16,962 nt of DNA from Candidatus Odinarchaeota archaeon (GTDB lineage: Archaea; Asgardarchaeota; Odinarchaeia; Odinarchaeales; Odinarchaeaceae), in assembly GCA_038826135.1 (NCBI GenBank), contig JAWBON010000024.1:424-17385 (forward strand), read 5' to 3'. Below, piece by piece: positions 16,288-16,962 of this stretch. A program made the translations under genes and the position numbers. Within the stretch, counting starts at the first letter, position 1. The number at the start of each line of letters is the position of its first letter. The notes under the pieces were generated by a model. It worked only from the letters and a program-made list of their open reading frames with translations. It did no database searches and was not told the origin of the DNA.

Positions 16288-16962
16288 ATGAAAATAGGAC
16301 TCATATGCGACCGGGTTAGCTGGAATGAGAAAGCGTTAATAAACGCGGCTAATAAGAGGCGGGGAGTGGAGATTATAGAAATACTCTCGGATGATTTAAT
16401 ATTAGACGCGTCTGGAAACGATCATAATCTACCTGAAGCAGACATATACCTTCAAAGATGTATAAGCGCTGTAAGAGGCTTATATGTTGCAGCTGTCTTA
16501 GAGAGCAAAAACCTACCAGTGGTGAACACTTACGCGGCTTCAAGAATATGCGCTGATAAAACTCTCACAATCCTAGCATTATCTAAAGCTAATGTACCCA
16601 CCCCTAAAACATATCTCGCCTTCACAATAGGCGCTGGTTTAAAAATACTAGGGGAAAAATTAAACGGTTTAGGAGTGCTTAAACCTAATATAGGCAGCTG
16701 GGGTAGACTTATAGCAATACTTAAAGACCCGTTATCAGCTAAAGCTATTATGGAAGACAGGTTAATGATGGGTGTATTATATCACACATTCCACATCCAA
16801 GAATATATAGGAGGAGAGCCGAAAAGAGATCTACGAGTATATGTGATAGGGGATAAAGTTGTAGCTGGAATCTACAGGTACGCTCCCACAGGCGATTTTA
16901 GAACTAATACACCTGGCGGGGGTAAAGCGGTACCGTTAGCTATAACACCTGAAATAGAGGAT
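16288..16962 (+). CDS. lysX: LysX/ArgX ATP-grasp ligase (alpha-aminoadipate/glutamate--LysW ligase); 3'-truncated
   Basis: Open frame from ATG 16288 to the window end (225 codons): LQRCIS, VVN...CADK, VPTPKT, LKPNIGSWGRL, QEYI, RDLRVYVIG, IYR...FRTNT. Lies next to lysW. LysX versus ArgX specificity is unresolved. Confidence 0.93.
   Translation, partial: MKIGLICDRVSWNEKALINAANKRRGVEIIEILSDDLILDASGNDHNLPEADIYLQRCISAVRGLYVAAVLESKNLPVVNTYAASRICADKTLTILALSKANVPTPKTYLAFTIGAGLKILGEKLNGLGVLKPNIGSWGRLIAILKDPLSAKAIMEDRLMMGVLYHTFHIQEYIGGEPKRDLRVYVIGDKVVAGIYRYAPTGDFRTNTPGGGKAVPLAITPEIED

Noticed and set aside
16209-16390. A bona fide lysine riboswitch call
   Set aside because: Only short landmarks match, P1 cannot be closed, and the aptamer would extend into lysX coding sequence. 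Kept only as a prompt to run a covariance model.
1-16962. CRISPR arrays, transposases/integrases, rRNA/tRNA genes, inteins, or in-frame Sec/Pyl recoding
   Set aside because: I saw no regularly spaced repeats, mobile-element motifs or structural RNA hallmarks. Protein lengths are normal, and no gene needs stop-codon readthrough or a frameshift.

Overview
An archaeal core-genome window with TATA/BRE promoters, GGAGGTGA-type Shine-Dalgarno (SD) sites, a thermosome, an archaeal GluRS, a geranylgeranyl reductase and LysW. The host is a TACK/Asgard-type archaeon; Odinarchaeia-like is my unverified impression. Gene order: 5'-truncated membrane-anchored M28 peptidase (+); ThiD fused to a degenerate ThiN domain (+); thermosome (-); MBL/persulfide-dioxygenase-fold-rhodanese fusion (-); tandem-rhodanese sulfurtransferase (-); gltX (+); M42/TET aminopeptidase (+); CPBP protease (+); small membrane protein (-); nitrilase-family hydrolase (-); membrane protein (-); myo-inositol-1-phosphate synthase (+); HAD phosphatase (-); 2x[4Fe-4S] ferredoxin (+); GGR (+); membrane protein with zinc ribbon (+); lysW (+); 3'-truncated lysX/argX (+). 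Corrections to the supplied ORF track: 3870..5234, 5245..6126 and 12870..13562 are labelled + but are encoded on the minus strand. The ferredoxin (13657..13827), lysW (15968..16141) and lysX (16288..end) are missing from the track, and thiD starts upstream of 810. No mobile element, CRISPR array, rRNA or tRNA was found. Best leads: SD-supported CTG/ATA start codons; a CstB-like protein with a replaced iron ligand (THRNEDY); a pseudo-ThiN domain; an ino1-HAD-ferredoxin-GGR lipid cluster that may hold the archaetidylinositol-phosphate phosphatase; and a structured 146-nt lysW-lysX spacer.
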